Assembly: GCA_016763645.1 (NCBI GenBank)
Contig: JAESTK010000028.1
Coordinates: forward strand, 1 to 54,246
Source: Flavobacteriales bacterium
GTDB lineage: Bacteria > Bacteroidota > Bacteroidia > Flavobacteriales_G > NORP312
DNA length: 54,246 nt
Direction of reading: 5' to 3'
Shown here: one piece after another, positions 1 through 10,071 of the stretch
How positions within the stretch are numbered: position 1 is the first letter of the stretch
Layout of the letters: the number at the start of each line of letters is the position of its first letter
Program-made: the position numbers and the translations under genes
The notes under the pieces: model-generated
What the model saw: the letters and a program-made list of their open reading frames with translations, nothing else
What the model was told of the DNA's origin: nothing
Database searches by the model: none

Positions 1-162
1 GATTATCAGACTAATGTAATGAAAATTAAATCAATATCCTATTGATTGTCAAACAAATAAATCGTCTTTTTAACAAAAAAAGTATGAGTTTGCCCTGCTT
101 ATCGGACAGATTAATACCTTTGAATTGAAATTTTTTGTACAACAACTTATAAAATCATAAAT

Positions 163-771
163 ATGTCATTTACACTACCAGAATTACCATACGCTCATGA
201 TGCACTTGAGCCACATATTGATGCAAGAACTATGGAAATTCATCACGGGAAACACCATGCTGGATATACCAATAATTTAAATAATGCTATTTCTGGGACT
301 GACCTTGATGGAAAAACTATCGAAGACATTATCACAGGAATGGATATGAATAACGGTGCTGTTCGTAATAACGGTGGCGGATACTTTAACCACTCTTTGT
401 TTTGGAGCGTGATGTCGCCTAATGGAGGCGGGCAACCTTCAGGCGAACTAGCCGAAGCGATTAATGCTGCTTGTGGGAGTTTCGATGCATTTAAAGAAGC
501 TTTTTCGAAAGCAGCAGCAACTAGATTTGGTTCTGGTTGGGCTTGGCTTTGTGTGCATTCAGGTGGTAGAGTTGAAGTTTGTTCTTCACCAAACCAAGAC
601 AACCCCATGATGCCAGGTGTTGGCTGTGGCGGAACACCAATTTTAGGTTTGGATGTTTGGGAGCACGCTTATTATTTAAACTACCAAAACAGAAGACCAG
701 ATTACGTTTCAGCGTTTTTTAATGTTATTAATTGGGACGAAGTTTCAAGAAGATATAATGACGCTAAATAA
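163..771 (+). CDS. sodA: Fe/Mn superoxide dismutase
   Basis: The 202-aa ORF has [28 protein letters not shown] at the N-terminus and [18 protein letters not shown] near the C-terminus. Both are hallmark Fe/Mn-SOD motifs. Confidence 0.95.
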   Translation: MSFTLPELPYAHDALEPHIDARTMEIHHGKHHAGYTNNLNNAISGTDLDGKTIEDIITGMDMNNGAVRNNGGGYFNHSLFWSVMSPNGGGQPSGELAEAINAACGSFDAFKEAFSKAAATRFGSGWAWLCVHSGGRVEVCSSPNQDNPMMPGVGCGGTPILGLDVWEHAYYLNYQNRRPDYVSAFFNVINWDEVSRRYNDAK

Positions 772-1114
772 GCTTTTTGTAGCTTTTATAGTATCATTTC
801 TTTCACTTACAGCAGCAGGCGAATTTCATTCAGAACAGCCTGCTGTTTTTTTTTCGGATAGTGTTTTAAGTAGTACGCTTGACAAAAAAACGATCCGTAG
901 AAAAAAAGCCATCGCCATTGGGCTAGCAATAACTCTCGGACCTTTCGGTGTTCACCGTTTATACCTCGGCACAGACAATAAAATTCCCGTAATTTATTCT
1001 ATTACTCTTGGCGCATTTGGCATATTGCCGCTGACAGACATTATTGCTATTCTCACCACAAAAAATATTGAGCAATACCTCGATAATCAACAGATTATTA
1101 TGTGGATGAGGTAG
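758..1114 (+). CDS. TM2 domain-containing membrane protein
   Basis: ATG at 758 gives a signal-like N-terminus ([21 protein letters not shown]) and overlaps the sodA stop by 14 nt. [11 protein letters not shown] is a TM2-type motif followed by a second hydrophobic helix. The ORF-track start at 722 is judged less likely. Confidence 0.7.
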   Translation: MTLNKLFVAFIVSFLSLTAAGEFHSEQPAVFFSDSVLSSTLDKKTIRRKKAIAIGLAITLGPFGVHRLYLGTDNKIPVIYSITLGAFGILPLTDIIAILTTKNIEQYLDNQQIIMWMR

Positions 1115-1137
1115 GGTGACAAAGTTTCAAGCAATCT

Positions 1138-2046
1138 TCAGTTTGCTTTATCGGGAGGAGGGTTAATCGTAAACTCGTTCAAATTTAAGTTGTTAGCCGC
1201 AAGCAATGCTTTGATTTTGTCAATATCCGTATCCTCGAAATAGTTTTTCCATTGACCAATGGAACCAGATCTTGCGAAGCTTCCCTTTAAGGCTGCCCCA
1301 GAAGAACTAGAGTGAATCGCAAATCCTCTTTTCTTTTCTGTTTCTTTTACCTTATCAATGGATGATGCCATAAGCGAAAATCTAATTAATTCTTGATCAA
1401 CAGTAATATTTAAATGATTGAGTACTGACGTTATTGTTTCTTCAGGAAATAATTTTAACTCTTCGTATGTAATTAGTATTGTGTTTGGATTTTCTGAACT
1501 ATATTGTTTCATCCACTTGTATATGTGAATATAATTAGGAATGTATTCATTAATAAGTTCTCGGGGATGCTTATATGTTTGATCGCTATTCTCCCGATTC
1601 TTATAATAAAAGTAGTATCGAGAAATAAGAACATCTAAGGGGTTTCTATAGATCATGATCATTTTTTTTGGCTTGACAAAAGCCGAAAAAGGTGATTCAT
1701 CTAATATACAGAAGTGATCATACATAAAATCGGAGTATTTGTACTTCTCTTTATCATAAATATTTACTTGAGGGGCGGTGTAATCTGATTTACCATCAAA
1801 AACCATATGTCGGATGTTTGGGAAAGATTCGAAATGCATTCGGTCGTAATCGACTTCAATGTACTCGTGATTATCCTTTTTAATTTTATCTAAATTATAG
1901 AAGTAATTGGTTAAAATTAGTCGCAAATAATTGGTGCCGGATTTTTGCATACTTCTAAGGACAATAGAACGGCTATATGTTTTAAGAGATTTTATTTGAC
2001 GAAACATCGCCCAGAATGTACTAATGAGTAATTTAATTTTTGACAT
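1138..2046 (-). CDS. sulfotransferase family protein
   Basis: In this 302-aa ORF, QKSGTNY resembles the 5'-PAPS-binding loop. IYRNPLDVLISRY resembles the 3'-phosphate-binding RNPxD region of cytosolic-type sulfotransferases. Confidence 0.6.
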   Translation of the reverse strand: MSKIKLLISTFWAMFRQIKSLKTYSRSIVLRSMQKSGTNYLRLILTNYFYNLDKIKKDNHEYIEVDYDRMHFESFPNIRHMVFDGKSDYTAPQVNIYDKEKYKYSDFMYDHFCILDESPFSAFVKPKKMIMIYRNPLDVLISRYYFYYKNRENSDQTYKHPRELINEYIPNYIHIYKWMKQYSSENPNTILITYEELKLFPEETITSVLNHLNITVDQELIRFSLMASSIDKVKETEKKRGFAIHSSSSGAALKGSFARSGSIGQWKNYFEDTDIDKIKALLAANNLNLNEFTINPPPDKAN

Positions 2047-2125
2047 TATACCGTTTACATTAAGTGAGATGATTTATTACGAAAGCATACTGTATTTTAA
2101 ACCGACATTAGAAAAAAACGCATTC

Positions 2126-3970
2126 TTACTCTACAGTAACCGATTTTGCTAAATTTCTGGGTTGGTCAACGTTACAACCCCTCATCACAGCTATATGGTA
2201 TGAAAGCAACTGTAAAGGAATCGTAGCCAATAAAGGAACTAATAAGTCATTAGTCGCAGGAATTTCGATTGTGTAATCTGCAATTTCTTTTACTTGTTCA
2301 TCACCCTCGGTAACAACAGCAATAACAATTCCTTTTCTGGCTTTTGCCTCTTGTATATTGCTTACCACTTTTTCGTAAGAAGCATCATTAGTTGCAATAA
2401 CTACCATTGGCATTTCTTCATCAATCAAAGCAATTGGCCCGTGTTTCATTTCCGCAGCGGGGTAGCCTTCCGCATGGATATATGAAATTTCTTTCAGCTT
2501 TAGAGCGCCTTCAAGTGCTACTGGAAAGTTAACCCCCCTACCTAAATACAAGAAGTTCCGCGAGTCTTTAAACAAGTCGGCAATGTATTTAACTTGGTCG
2601 TTACAGTTTTCTAATAAACTTTCAACTTGTTGAGGAATAGCATCTAGCGCGGCTATAATTGTCCTAAAGCGAGACTCTTCAATTGTCCCCTTTTTGCGGC
2701 CGATTTTAAGCGCCATTAGGGTTAGAAGGGTAACCTGAGCAGTAAACGCTTTGGTAGAAGCAACGCCTATTTCTGGCCCAGCATGTGTATATGAACCTGC
2801 ATCAGTTAGCCTAGAAATTGTGGAGCCTATTACGTTACAAATACCTAAAATTGTCGCTCCTTTGCTCTTCGCTAACTCTAACGCGGCTAAAGTATCTGCA
2901 GTTTCGCCTGATTGAGAAATAGCTAATACAATATCACCTTCGTTAATAATAGGATTTCTATATCTAAATTCTGAAGCGTATTCAACCTCAACGGGTATTC
3001 TGGCTAGCTCTTCGAATAAGTATTCGCCTACCAAACCGGCATGCCAAGAGGTGCCACAGGCAACAATAATTAAACGTTGAGCGTTGGTAAATTTTTGCTC
3101 AAAATCTTTAATCCCACCAAGCGTAACCTCACCTTTCTTTAGGTTTAAACGACCCCTAAGGCTATCGTTAATCGAACGAGGCTGCTCATAAATTTCTTTT
3201 AACATAAAGTGGTCGTAACCTCCTTTTTCAAGCTCTTCGAGCTGTAAATCTAGTTCTTGGATATAAGGCGTTTGTTCCACATCATCAATGTTCACGACTT
3301 TAAGATCGCTACCTTTTTTAAGGATTACAATTTGCCCATCTTCTAGGTAAACTACATTTTTTGTGTATTCTACAATAGGTATGGCGTCAGAAGCCAAAAA
3401 GAATTCTCCGTCACCAACTCCAACAACTAACGGGCTGCTTTTTTTAGCTGCAATTAATACGTTTGGGTTCGATTTATCTAAAATCACAATTGCATAAGCC
3501 CCTACTACTTTCTTGAGTGCGATTCTTAAAGCCTCCCCTAATTTCACATTGGCACTTTTTTGAATGTCTTCAATTAAATTGACAAAAACTTCAGTATCTG
3601 TGTCGCTTTTAAAGGAGTAGCCCCTCGAAACCAGTTGTTTTTTTATTACAGCGTAATTCTCGATAATTCCATTGTGAATCATCACTAAATTTCCTGATTG
3701 AGAAAAATGAGGATGAGCGTTTACATCGTTTGGTTCGCCATGCGTTGCCCAACGGGTGTGTCCAATTCCAGCACCGCCAGCGGTGTTGGAATTTCCAACG
3801 TGGTTTTCTAAATCAACAACTTTTCCCTTACACTTAAAAAGATTGATGTCTTTGCTGTCGTGTAAGGCCACACCAGAGCTATCGTAACCTCTGTATTCTA
3901 AGCGCTGTAATCCCTTAATTAGGATCGGATAAGCCTCTCTGTCTCCTAAATATCCAACAATTCCACACAT
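2126..3970 (-). CDS. glmS: glutamine--fructose-6-phosphate aminotransferase
   Basis: The 614-aa ORF starts MCGIVGY (N-terminal Cys nucleophile) and ends KSVTVE. It has two SIS-type halves (GTSWHAG, SQSGETADT). Confidence 0.97.
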   Translation of the reverse strand: MCGIVGYLGDREAYPILIKGLQRLEYRGYDSSGVALHDSKDINLFKCKGKVVDLENHVGNSNTAGGAGIGHTRWATHGEPNDVNAHPHFSQSGNLVMIHNGIIENYAVIKKQLVSRGYSFKSDTDTEVFVNLIEDIQKSANVKLGEALRIALKKVVGAYAIVILDKSNPNVLIAAKKSSPLVVGVGDGEFFLASDAIPIVEYTKNVVYLEDGQIVILKKGSDLKVVNIDDVEQTPYIQELDLQLEELEKGGYDHFMLKEIYEQPRSINDSLRGRLNLKKGEVTLGGIKDFEQKFTNAQRLIIVACGTSWHAGLVGEYLFEELARIPVEVEYASEFRYRNPIINEGDIVLAISQSGETADTLAALELAKSKGATILGICNVIGSTISRLTDAGSYTHAGPEIGVASTKAFTAQVTLLTLMALKIGRKKGTIEESRFRTIIAALDAIPQQVESLLENCNDQVKYIADLFKDSRNFLYLGRGVNFPVALEGALKLKEISYIHAEGYPAAEMKHGPIALIDEEMPMVVIATNDASYEKVVSNIQEAKARKGIVIAVVTEGDEQVKEIADYTIEIPATNDLLVPLLATIPLQLLSYHIAVMRGCNVDQPRNLAKSVTVE

Positions 3971-3978
3971 AATCTATA

Positions 3979-5307
3979 TCACTTTAAAATGGGTGTGTAA
4001 GATACGATTAATTTCATTTCACCATCCCCTGCCTTGGTTCCTTTAAAAATGGTTCTAGCGGATTGAAACCCCCCGCTTCCATTTATTAAACGGTATCCAA
4101 AGTTATAGTCTTCGCCCTTAATGTAGCTGTTAACTAAGAATTGAATATCCCTGTTAATGATAAATCGGTATTCATTTTCTGAATTCAGAGTGCCTCCAAC
4201 GGTCAAATCGTAGTCAAATTCATCTATGGTAAAAGTATAGTTTCCAGATGCAGTTTTAACAGCAAGAAAGTACTCTCCTTCGGCAAGATACGTGTCGGCT
4301 GTCCCTTCTTCTATTGTGAACACTAACTCGGCTTTATTAATACTTATTGGGCCGTTATCTACAAGCCCTTCTAGGTAAGGGATTTCGAAGTTGATAGCTG
4401 CTCCTGCTGCCCCTTGCATATAGAGTAAAGATTCCCCTGTTGAGGGGTTATTTATTGCTGTTTCTACAGAGGTTCCAGAGTAGTTGTGGGTAAAGTGATT
4501 GACTTTGGTTAAGTTACTTGCAAAGACAAAATCGAAAGAAGCAATCGTATCATTGCTATAGTACACGGTTATTTTTGATTGAGCGTTAGCTAAATCAAAA
4601 AACCAAATAGCCCCATTTCCTTCTGGTTGTGCAGCGGTAAATACGTCAGCAGAGGCGATGTTGACCCCCGGAAATAAGTCTAAAAACTCGGCAGCATCGG
4701 TAGAAACGTTGACTTGCTCAAGCAGCTTTTTACCAAAAGCCTCATCTAATTTCAAGTTTAGTTGCTCCGTGGAGCCTGCTCCGGTGTAGTTCGGGGAATA
4801 AACAGATTGAGACAAGATATTTTGAGTTGATTTTTGAAAAACACTATTCGAAAAGTACGTACTGTCTTTATAAATATCTTCAGTCAACTCATTTACGGTA
4901 AACTGATGAGGGCCTTGTATGCCATACTTGCCAGCGTGGACCAACGATAGCACCACTGAATCAACGACTAGAGTAGTAATATCACCAAAATTTACCGAGG
5001 TTGTTTTTGATGGTTGAAATTGCGCTGAAAAAGAAGCAGTGCTTTGTCCAAAATCTGGGTCGACATAACTTCCTAAAAGACTATACTTTAAATCATCAGA
5101 CCTTACGGAGTCTAATTTAACTGTAGAAGCATTTATTGTAAAGGTATCGGTATGGAGCAACCCCAGTTGTTCTTCCTCGGGGTATAAGCCAAGTCCCAAT
5201 TTGTCTTCTTTCTTGTTACATCCAACTATGACTAGACATAAAAAAAGAGCGGCTCCACATATGTGAAACCGCTTTTTCTGATTTAAACTTAATTTTTTTT
5301 CTTTCAT
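3979..5307 (-). CDS. DUF4270-like lipoprotein
   Basis: ATG at 5307 gives MKEKKLSL... with a lipobox-like LVIVGC. The position between glmS and the short glycogen synthase matches the synteny I recall for Flavobacteriia. The family assignment is from memory. Confidence 0.55.
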   Translation of the reverse strand: MKEKKLSLNQKKRFHICGAALFLCLVIVGCNKKEDKLGLGLYPEEEQLGLLHTDTFTINASTVKLDSVRSDDLKYSLLGSYVDPDFGQSTASFSAQFQPSKTTSVNFGDITTLVVDSVVLSLVHAGKYGIQGPHQFTVNELTEDIYKDSTYFSNSVFQKSTQNILSQSVYSPNYTGAGSTEQLNLKLDEAFGKKLLEQVNVSTDAAEFLDLFPGVNIASADVFTAAQPEGNGAIWFFDLANAQSKITVYYSNDTIASFDFVFASNLTKVNHFTHNYSGTSVETAINNPSTGESLLYMQGAAGAAINFEIPYLEGLVDNGPISINKAELVFTIEEGTADTYLAEGEYFLAVKTASGNYTFTIDEFDYDLTVGGTLNSENEYRFIINRDIQFLVNSYIKGEDYNFGYRLINGSGGFQSARTIFKGTKAGDGEMKLIVSYTPILK

Positions 5308-5308
5308 T

Positions 5309-6139
5309 TTATTGCTCCACAAGCATTTCTGCGTTTTCTAGAATTTCATCATAAAATTGAGAGTACTCTCCAATATATGTTTCTTCAGGTTGACATCCTA
5401 AAATTGGTTTATCTAATCCTGTGATATACGTATTAAGGTCTTCGTTTATTGTTTCTTCACCCATAATAATTGCATCAGCATATTGAGCACCTAACTTTTG
5501 TAGGTTATTATAAGAAGGTGTGTTTACCATAGAGATATCTTCCGCAGAAACGCCATCGTATAAAGATTTTTTAGCGAAATCTTTGTTTAGGCTTTCTTTC
5601 GTGTCATCGTTATAAACGGAGTAAATCACCTTAGTATCTGCATATATTGGGTCTGTATCAAAAGATTTTTTAAGATACATTGGCACCAAGCCAGTCATCC
5701 AGCCATGGCAATGAATAATGTCGGGAGCCCAACCTAATTTTCTTACGGTTTCTAATACGCCTCTACAGAAAAAGATTGCTCTTTCGTCATTATCTTCAAA
5801 TTCTTTTCCGTTTTCATCAGTAAAAACAGCTTTTCTTTTAAAGTACTCTTCGTTATCGATAAAATAAACCTGCATTCTTGCTGGTTGAATCGATGCTACT
5901 TTTATAATTAAAGGATGATCAGAATCATCAATAATTAAATTCATCCCTGATAAACGAATTACCTCGTGTAGTTGATGCCTTCTTTCGTTAATACACCCGT
6001 ACTTTGGCATAAACGTTCTAATTTCTTTTCCTTCTTCTTGAATCCCCTGAGGAAGGTAACGGCTTATCTTAGATAATGCCGTTTCGGGAAGGTGTGGGGT
6101 AATTTCTTGGGTAATATAAAGTACTCTTGTCTTTTTCAT
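5309..6139 (-). CDS. glycogen/starch synthase-like protein (short Bacteroidota form)
   Basis: The 276-aa ORF has a Glyco_transf_5-like N-terminus (VLYITQEITPH...FMPKYG...HCHGWMTGLVP). It is divergent from panC, as in many Flavobacteriia. Confidence 0.75.
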   Translation of the reverse strand: MKKTRVLYITQEITPHLPETALSKISRYLPQGIQEEGKEIRTFMPKYGCINERRHQLHEVIRLSGMNLIIDDSDHPLIIKVASIQPARMQVYFIDNEEYFKRKAVFTDENGKEFEDNDERAIFFCRGVLETVRKLGWAPDIIHCHGWMTGLVPMYLKKSFDTDPIYADTKVIYSVYNDDTKESLNKDFAKKSLYDGVSAEDISMVNTPSYNNLQKLGAQYADAIIMGEETINEDLNTYITGLDKPILGCQPEETYIGEYSQFYDEILENAEMLVEQ

Positions 6140-6235
6140 ACGTTTCCTGGTTTAAAATCGTATTGCAAAATTAAGCTTTTTTTTCCCTCTTTTGCAAGTT
6201 TTCTGATAGATTTGTTTGCTTTTTGACTGTTTTTT

Positions 6236-7072
6236 ATGGAAATTTTTAGATCCAAAGCCGAATTAATCGATTATTTATCTCATCAACGAAAGAAAGGGAA
6301 ACTTATTGGGTTTGTCCCAACGATGGGAGCCCTACACCAAGGGCATTTATCTCTTATAGAAGAATCGAAAAAGAAAACTGAAATTACCGTTTGTTCAATT
6401 TACGTTAACCCCACGCAGTTTAACGCAAAAACAGACTTAGATAATTACCCAAGAAATACAGAAAAAGATATTGAAATACTACGATCGATAGATTGTGACG
6501 TATGTTTTTTACCGGCAGATGAGGATGTCTATCCTAATGGTATGAATAAATCGTTGAAAATTGATTTACACGGTTTAGACAAAACCATGGAGGGAAAACA
6601 TCGCCCAGGTCATTTTGACGGAGTGGTTACAGTAGTCAATAATTTATTTCAGATTGTTACTCCTGATTTTGCCTTTTTTGGAGAAAAAGATTTTCAACAG
6701 TTAGCCGTTATTCGAAAAATGACGAAAACGTTGAATTTGGGCACTGAAATAATAGGCTGCCCCATTGTTCGAGAAAAAAATGGCCTAGCTATGAGCTCAA
6801 GAAACGAACGATTGTCAAAAGAAGAACGAGAAGGGGCTTCATTTTTGTATACAACATTACAGGCAGTGAAAAGCCAGCAAAGTTCTACGGAAGAAAAAAA
6901 AGAATGGGGAATACAACAATTAACTAATAACCCGTTATTTACCCTCGACTATTTTGAAATAGCAGAGGCTGAGTCTCTAAAACCAGTTAAACATGAGAAG
7001 AGTTCTAATCAGCGGGCATTTGTTGCTGTATTTATAGGCAATGTTAGGTTGATTGATAATATTGAATTATAA
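6236..7072 (+). CDS. panC: pantoate--beta-alanine ligase
   Basis: GFVPTMGALHQGHLSLI (HIGH-like motif), FGEKDFQQ and MSSRN are classic PanC motifs. Confidence 0.95.
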   Translation: MEIFRSKAELIDYLSHQRKKGKLIGFVPTMGALHQGHLSLIEESKKKTEITVCSIYVNPTQFNAKTDLDNYPRNTEKDIEILRSIDCDVCFLPADEDVYPNGMNKSLKIDLHGLDKTMEGKHRPGHFDGVVTVVNNLFQIVTPDFAFFGEKDFQQLAVIRKMTKTLNLGTEIIGCPIVREKNGLAMSSRNERLSKEEREGASFLYTTLQAVKSQQSSTEEKKEWGIQQLTNNPLFTLDYFEIAEAESLKPVKHEKSSNQRAFVAVFIGNVRLIDNIEL

Positions 7073-7126
7073 ACCCCTCGATTATACCTAAATTATAAGA
7101 CCTTTGTTCGTTATATTTTTTGCCGT

Positions 7127-8152
7127 TTGAAAGATAAAATAATCTCTATAATAAAAATTGTTGGGCCAATTGCAGTAGCAGTTTATCTGGTTTGGTATTT
7201 AAACCAATCCCTATCCGAAACCGAGAAAGATTATATTATAGATTCGTTTAAGAATGCTAATTATTGGTGGTTGGTGCTGTCGCTAACGATTGGTTGGCTT
7301 AGCCACATGGTAAGAGGATATCGATGGTTGTACATGATAGAACCTTTAGGCAAGTTGCCTTCATTTTGGAATTGTTATCATGCCGTAATGGCAGGCTACG
7401 TTATAAACTTAACGCTTCCTCGGGCGGGAGAAGCAGCACGAGCGGCATTATTGTCTAAATATGAAGGATTGCCTTTCGAAAAACCTTTTGGAACTATTTT
7501 AGCTGAAAGAGTTGTTGATATGATAATTTTAATTCTAATAGCTTTTGTTACAATTGTTCTACAATTAGAAAATATCGATAAGTTTAAAGAAATTTTAGAA
7601 GTTGTAAAGCCCCCCGAAGCGCAAACCAATTACTTATCTTACGTAGTTTACGCCTTAATTGTATTAGGAATTGGGGCAGCAGTTATTGCCTATTTTAAAA
7701 GTGAAAAATTACGGGCAAAATTGCTTGGAATCATCAAAGGATTAGGGGAAGGGCTGAAGTCCATCATCAAAATGGAAAAGAAATGGAACTACCTATGGTT
7801 TACTCTTCTAATCTGGCTGTTTTATGTGTTGATGTATATAGTTGCGTTTCAAAGTATTGACGCCACTTGTGATGTCCCGTTTAGCATTATGATGGTTGGG
7901 TTTATTGCAGGAAGCGTAGGAATAGTTTTGGTTCAAGGAGGAATAGGCGTCTATCCAATCTTGATAGCCGTTTCCATTACACTGTTCTTAGAGGTGCCCG
8001 AGGGCTCTGAGTTTCCATTTAATCAAGATGGATATGCTTTAGGATGGTTGTTATGGATTTCTCAAACATTAATGATAGTTGTTTTAGGAGGCTTATCCAT
8101 GTTTCTCATGCCTCGAATAAACCGTAAGAATGTCGCGATTAAGCAAGATTAA
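7127..8152 (+). CDS. flippase-like / LPG-synthase-TM (UPF0104) family membrane protein
   Basis: This is a polytopic membrane ORF with a TTG start. The RGYRW and LPRAGEAARA motifs are typical of the UPF0104 family. Confidence 0.6.
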   Translation: MKDKIISIIKIVGPIAVAVYLVWYLNQSLSETEKDYIIDSFKNANYWWLVLSLTIGWLSHMVRGYRWLYMIEPLGKLPSFWNCYHAVMAGYVINLTLPRAGEAARAALLSKYEGLPFEKPFGTILAERVVDMIILILIAFVTIVLQLENIDKFKEILEVVKPPEAQTNYLSYVVYALIVLGIGAAVIAYFKSEKLRAKLLGIIKGLGEGLKSIIKMEKKWNYLWFTLLIWLFYVLMYIVAFQSIDATCDVPFSIMMVGFIAGSVGIVLVQGGIGVYPILIAVSITLFLEVPEGSEFPFNQDGYALGWLLWISQTLMIVVLGGLSMFLMPRINRKNVAIKQD

Positions 8153-8630
8153 TAGTAAAATAATTGTTAAAAGTGAAGCTATTTCTCTTGTTTCGCAATG
8201 GAAAAAAAATGGTGAAACTATTGTTTTCACAAACGGCTGCTTCGATTTGTTGCACCGAGGACACATTGAATATCTTACTCAAGCAGCCGATTTAGGTACT
8301 CGATTAATTATTGGACTTAACTCTGACCAGTCGGTAAAACAACTCGAAAAAGGCGAATTACGACCTATAAAAGACGAAAAAACACGCGCTTTGATATTAG
8401 CTGCGTTAGCATTTGTTTCTGCTGTTGTTATTTTTGAGGAGGAAACTCCGCTCGATTTAATCTCAGAAATTTTACCCGATATTTTGGTAAAAGGAGGCGA
8501 TTGGAATATAAATGAAATTGTTGGGACAGAAATAGTTAAATCCAGTGGCGGCCAAGTGAAAACTATTTCGTTTGTGGAAGGGTACTCTACAACAAACTAC
8601 GTTAAGAAAATACAAGATGGCAAAAGTTAA
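8130..8630 (+). CDS. rfaE2: D-glycero-beta-D-manno-heptose 1-phosphate adenylyltransferase-like cytidylyltransferase
   Basis: The 166-aa ORF has a nucleotidyltransferase motif, FTNGCFDLLHRGHIEYL, and GGDW. It overlaps both neighbouring genes. Confidence 0.75.
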   Translation: MSRLSKINSKIIVKSEAISLVSQWKKNGETIVFTNGCFDLLHRGHIEYLTQAADLGTRLIIGLNSDQSVKQLEKGELRPIKDEKTRALILAALAFVSAVVIFEEETPLDLISEILPDILVKGGDWNINEIVGTEIVKSSGGQVKTISFVEGYSTTNYVKKIQDGKS

Positions 8631-9981
8631 AACTACTTTCTTCTGTCAAAATTGCGGTGCACAATCTTTAAAATGGATTGGCAAATGTAATTCTTGTAAT
8701 GAGTGGAATACTTTCGTGGAAGAAGTAATCCAAAAGGAAACAAAAACAGCAAGTTTAGGAGCAGGAAACGGAAGGGTAAAAAAACCACAAAAAATCGCAG
8801 ATGTTGTTGCCTCTGTCGAAACAAGAATAGTAACTACTGATAAAGAGCTAAACCGTGTTTTAGGGGGAGGAATAGTGCCAGGAAGCTTGGTTTTGGTCGG
8901 AGGAGAACCAGGAATAGGAAAATCAACTTTGATGCTTCAATTGGCGATAACTAGTTCAAAAAAAGTACTTTATATTTCTGGAGAAGAAAGTGAACAACAA
9001 ATAAAAATGCGAGCCGAACGGTTGTCGAAAACGCCAGCGCAATGTTTTATTTTAACAGAAACCTCGACTCAAAACATATTTCAGCAGATAAAAGAATTAA
9101 GCCCAGAATTATTGATAATTGATTCCATTCAAACATTGCATACCTCCTCAATCGATTCCTCACCAGGAAGTATTTCTCAAATAAAAGAGTGCGCTGCCGA
9201 GTTGTTACGTTTTGCAAAAGAAACCTCAACGCCTGTTTTTTTGGTAGGGCATATAACGAAAGATGGACATATTGCAGGACCAAAAATATTGGAGCATATG
9301 GTAGATACTGTGTTGCAATTTGAAGGCGATAGAAATCACATTTATCGGTTGCTTAGAGCAACTAAAAATCGGTTTGGTTCAACTAATGAACTAGGTATCT
9401 ACGAAATGCAGGGAACGGGTTTACGAGAAGTAGAAAACCCTTCAGAAATACTTATTTCAGCAAACGTGGGAGAACCGTTAAGTGGCGTTTCTATTGCTGC
9501 TACAATGGAAGGTCTTCGGCCCATGCTTATCGAAACTCAGGCGCTTGTAAGTACAGCTGCTTATGGAACACCACAACGTTCTTCAACGGGTTTTGATCTC
9601 CGAAGAATGAATATGCTGCTTGCCGTTTTAGAAAAGCGATGTGGGTTTAAACTAGGCGCAAAAGATGTGTTTTTAAATATTGCCGGAGGGCTAAAGGTTG
9701 ACGACCCAGCAATAGATCTTGCTATTGTATGTGCAATACTTTCTTCGAGTGAAGATATTGAAATACCAATAAATACATGTTTTGCTGCTGAGGTTGGTTT
9801 GTCGGGGGAAATACGTCCCGTTAATCGCGTTGACCAGCGTATTTTCGAAGCAGAAAAATTAGGCTTCTCAACTATTTTTATTTCTTATAACAACCTAAAA
9901 GGGCTTGATAAAAGCAAATTAAAAATTGAGATTGTTGCAGTTAAAAAAATTGAAGAAGTTTTTAGGCAATTATTTGGGTAG
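8617..9981 (+). CDS. radA: DNA repair protein RadA
   Basis: ATG at 8617 gives MAKVKTTFFCQNCGAQSLKWIGKCNSCNEW (zinc ribbon). The ORF also has Walker A GEPGIGKST, KNRFG and a Lon-like C-terminal domain. Confidence 0.95.
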   Translation: MAKVKTTFFCQNCGAQSLKWIGKCNSCNEWNTFVEEVIQKETKTASLGAGNGRVKKPQKIADVVASVETRIVTTDKELNRVLGGGIVPGSLVLVGGEPGIGKSTLMLQLAITSSKKVLYISGEESEQQIKMRAERLSKTPAQCFILTETSTQNIFQQIKELSPELLIIDSIQTLHTSSIDSSPGSISQIKECAAELLRFAKETSTPVFLVGHITKDGHIAGPKILEHMVDTVLQFEGDRNHIYRLLRATKNRFGSTNELGIYEMQGTGLREVENPSEILISANVGEPLSGVSIAATMEGLRPMLIETQALVSTAAYGTPQRSSTGFDLRRMNMLLAVLEKRCGFKLGAKDVFLNIAGGLKVDDPAIDLAIVCAILSSSEDIEIPINTCFAAEVGLSGEIRPVNRVDQRIFEAEKLGFSTIFISYNNLKGLDKSKLKIEIVAVKKIEEVFRQLFG

Positions 9982-10016
9982 TTGAGGCTTTTTCAGTATG
10001 AAAAGAATGATACAAA

Positions 10017-10052
10017 AACAAAAAGAACCTATTGATATAGAGGCTCTTTTTT
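10017..10052. terminator. possible bidirectional intrinsic terminator between convergent radA and usp
   Basis: An A-run is followed by the stem AGAACCT / AGGCTCT (one A.C mismatch, 8-nt loop) and then TTTTTT. Confidence 0.4.
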
Positions 10053-10071
10053 AATAGTTATGTGTTACGTA

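Noticed and set aside
243-608. Antisense 121-aa ORF inside sodA. The same class includes 2294-2485, 7396-7629, 8633-8824, 9047-9283, 10679-10927, 11587-11856, 15399-15680, 16047-16283, 17362-17646, 19996-20388, 46206-46496 and 49060-49365.
   Set aside because: Each lies entirely within a gene that has strong motif support on the other strand or in another frame. None has a recognisable motif, and the translations look like typical shadow-ORF composition.
3971-3978. Possibility of a glmS ribozyme upstream of glmS.
   Set aside because: Only 8 nt separate glmS from the upstream gene, so there is no room for the ribozyme, and it is not expected in this phylum.
6163-6197. Inverted repeat TTGCAAAA ... 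TTTTGCAA with a T8 run in the divergent glycogen-synthase/panC promoter region. A similar case is GTAAAATA-G-TATTTTAC at 30206-30222 upstream of lgt.
   Set aside because: These are AT-rich dyads of this size, which are expected by chance in AT-rich intergenic DNA, and there is no second copy or associated regulator to support a function.
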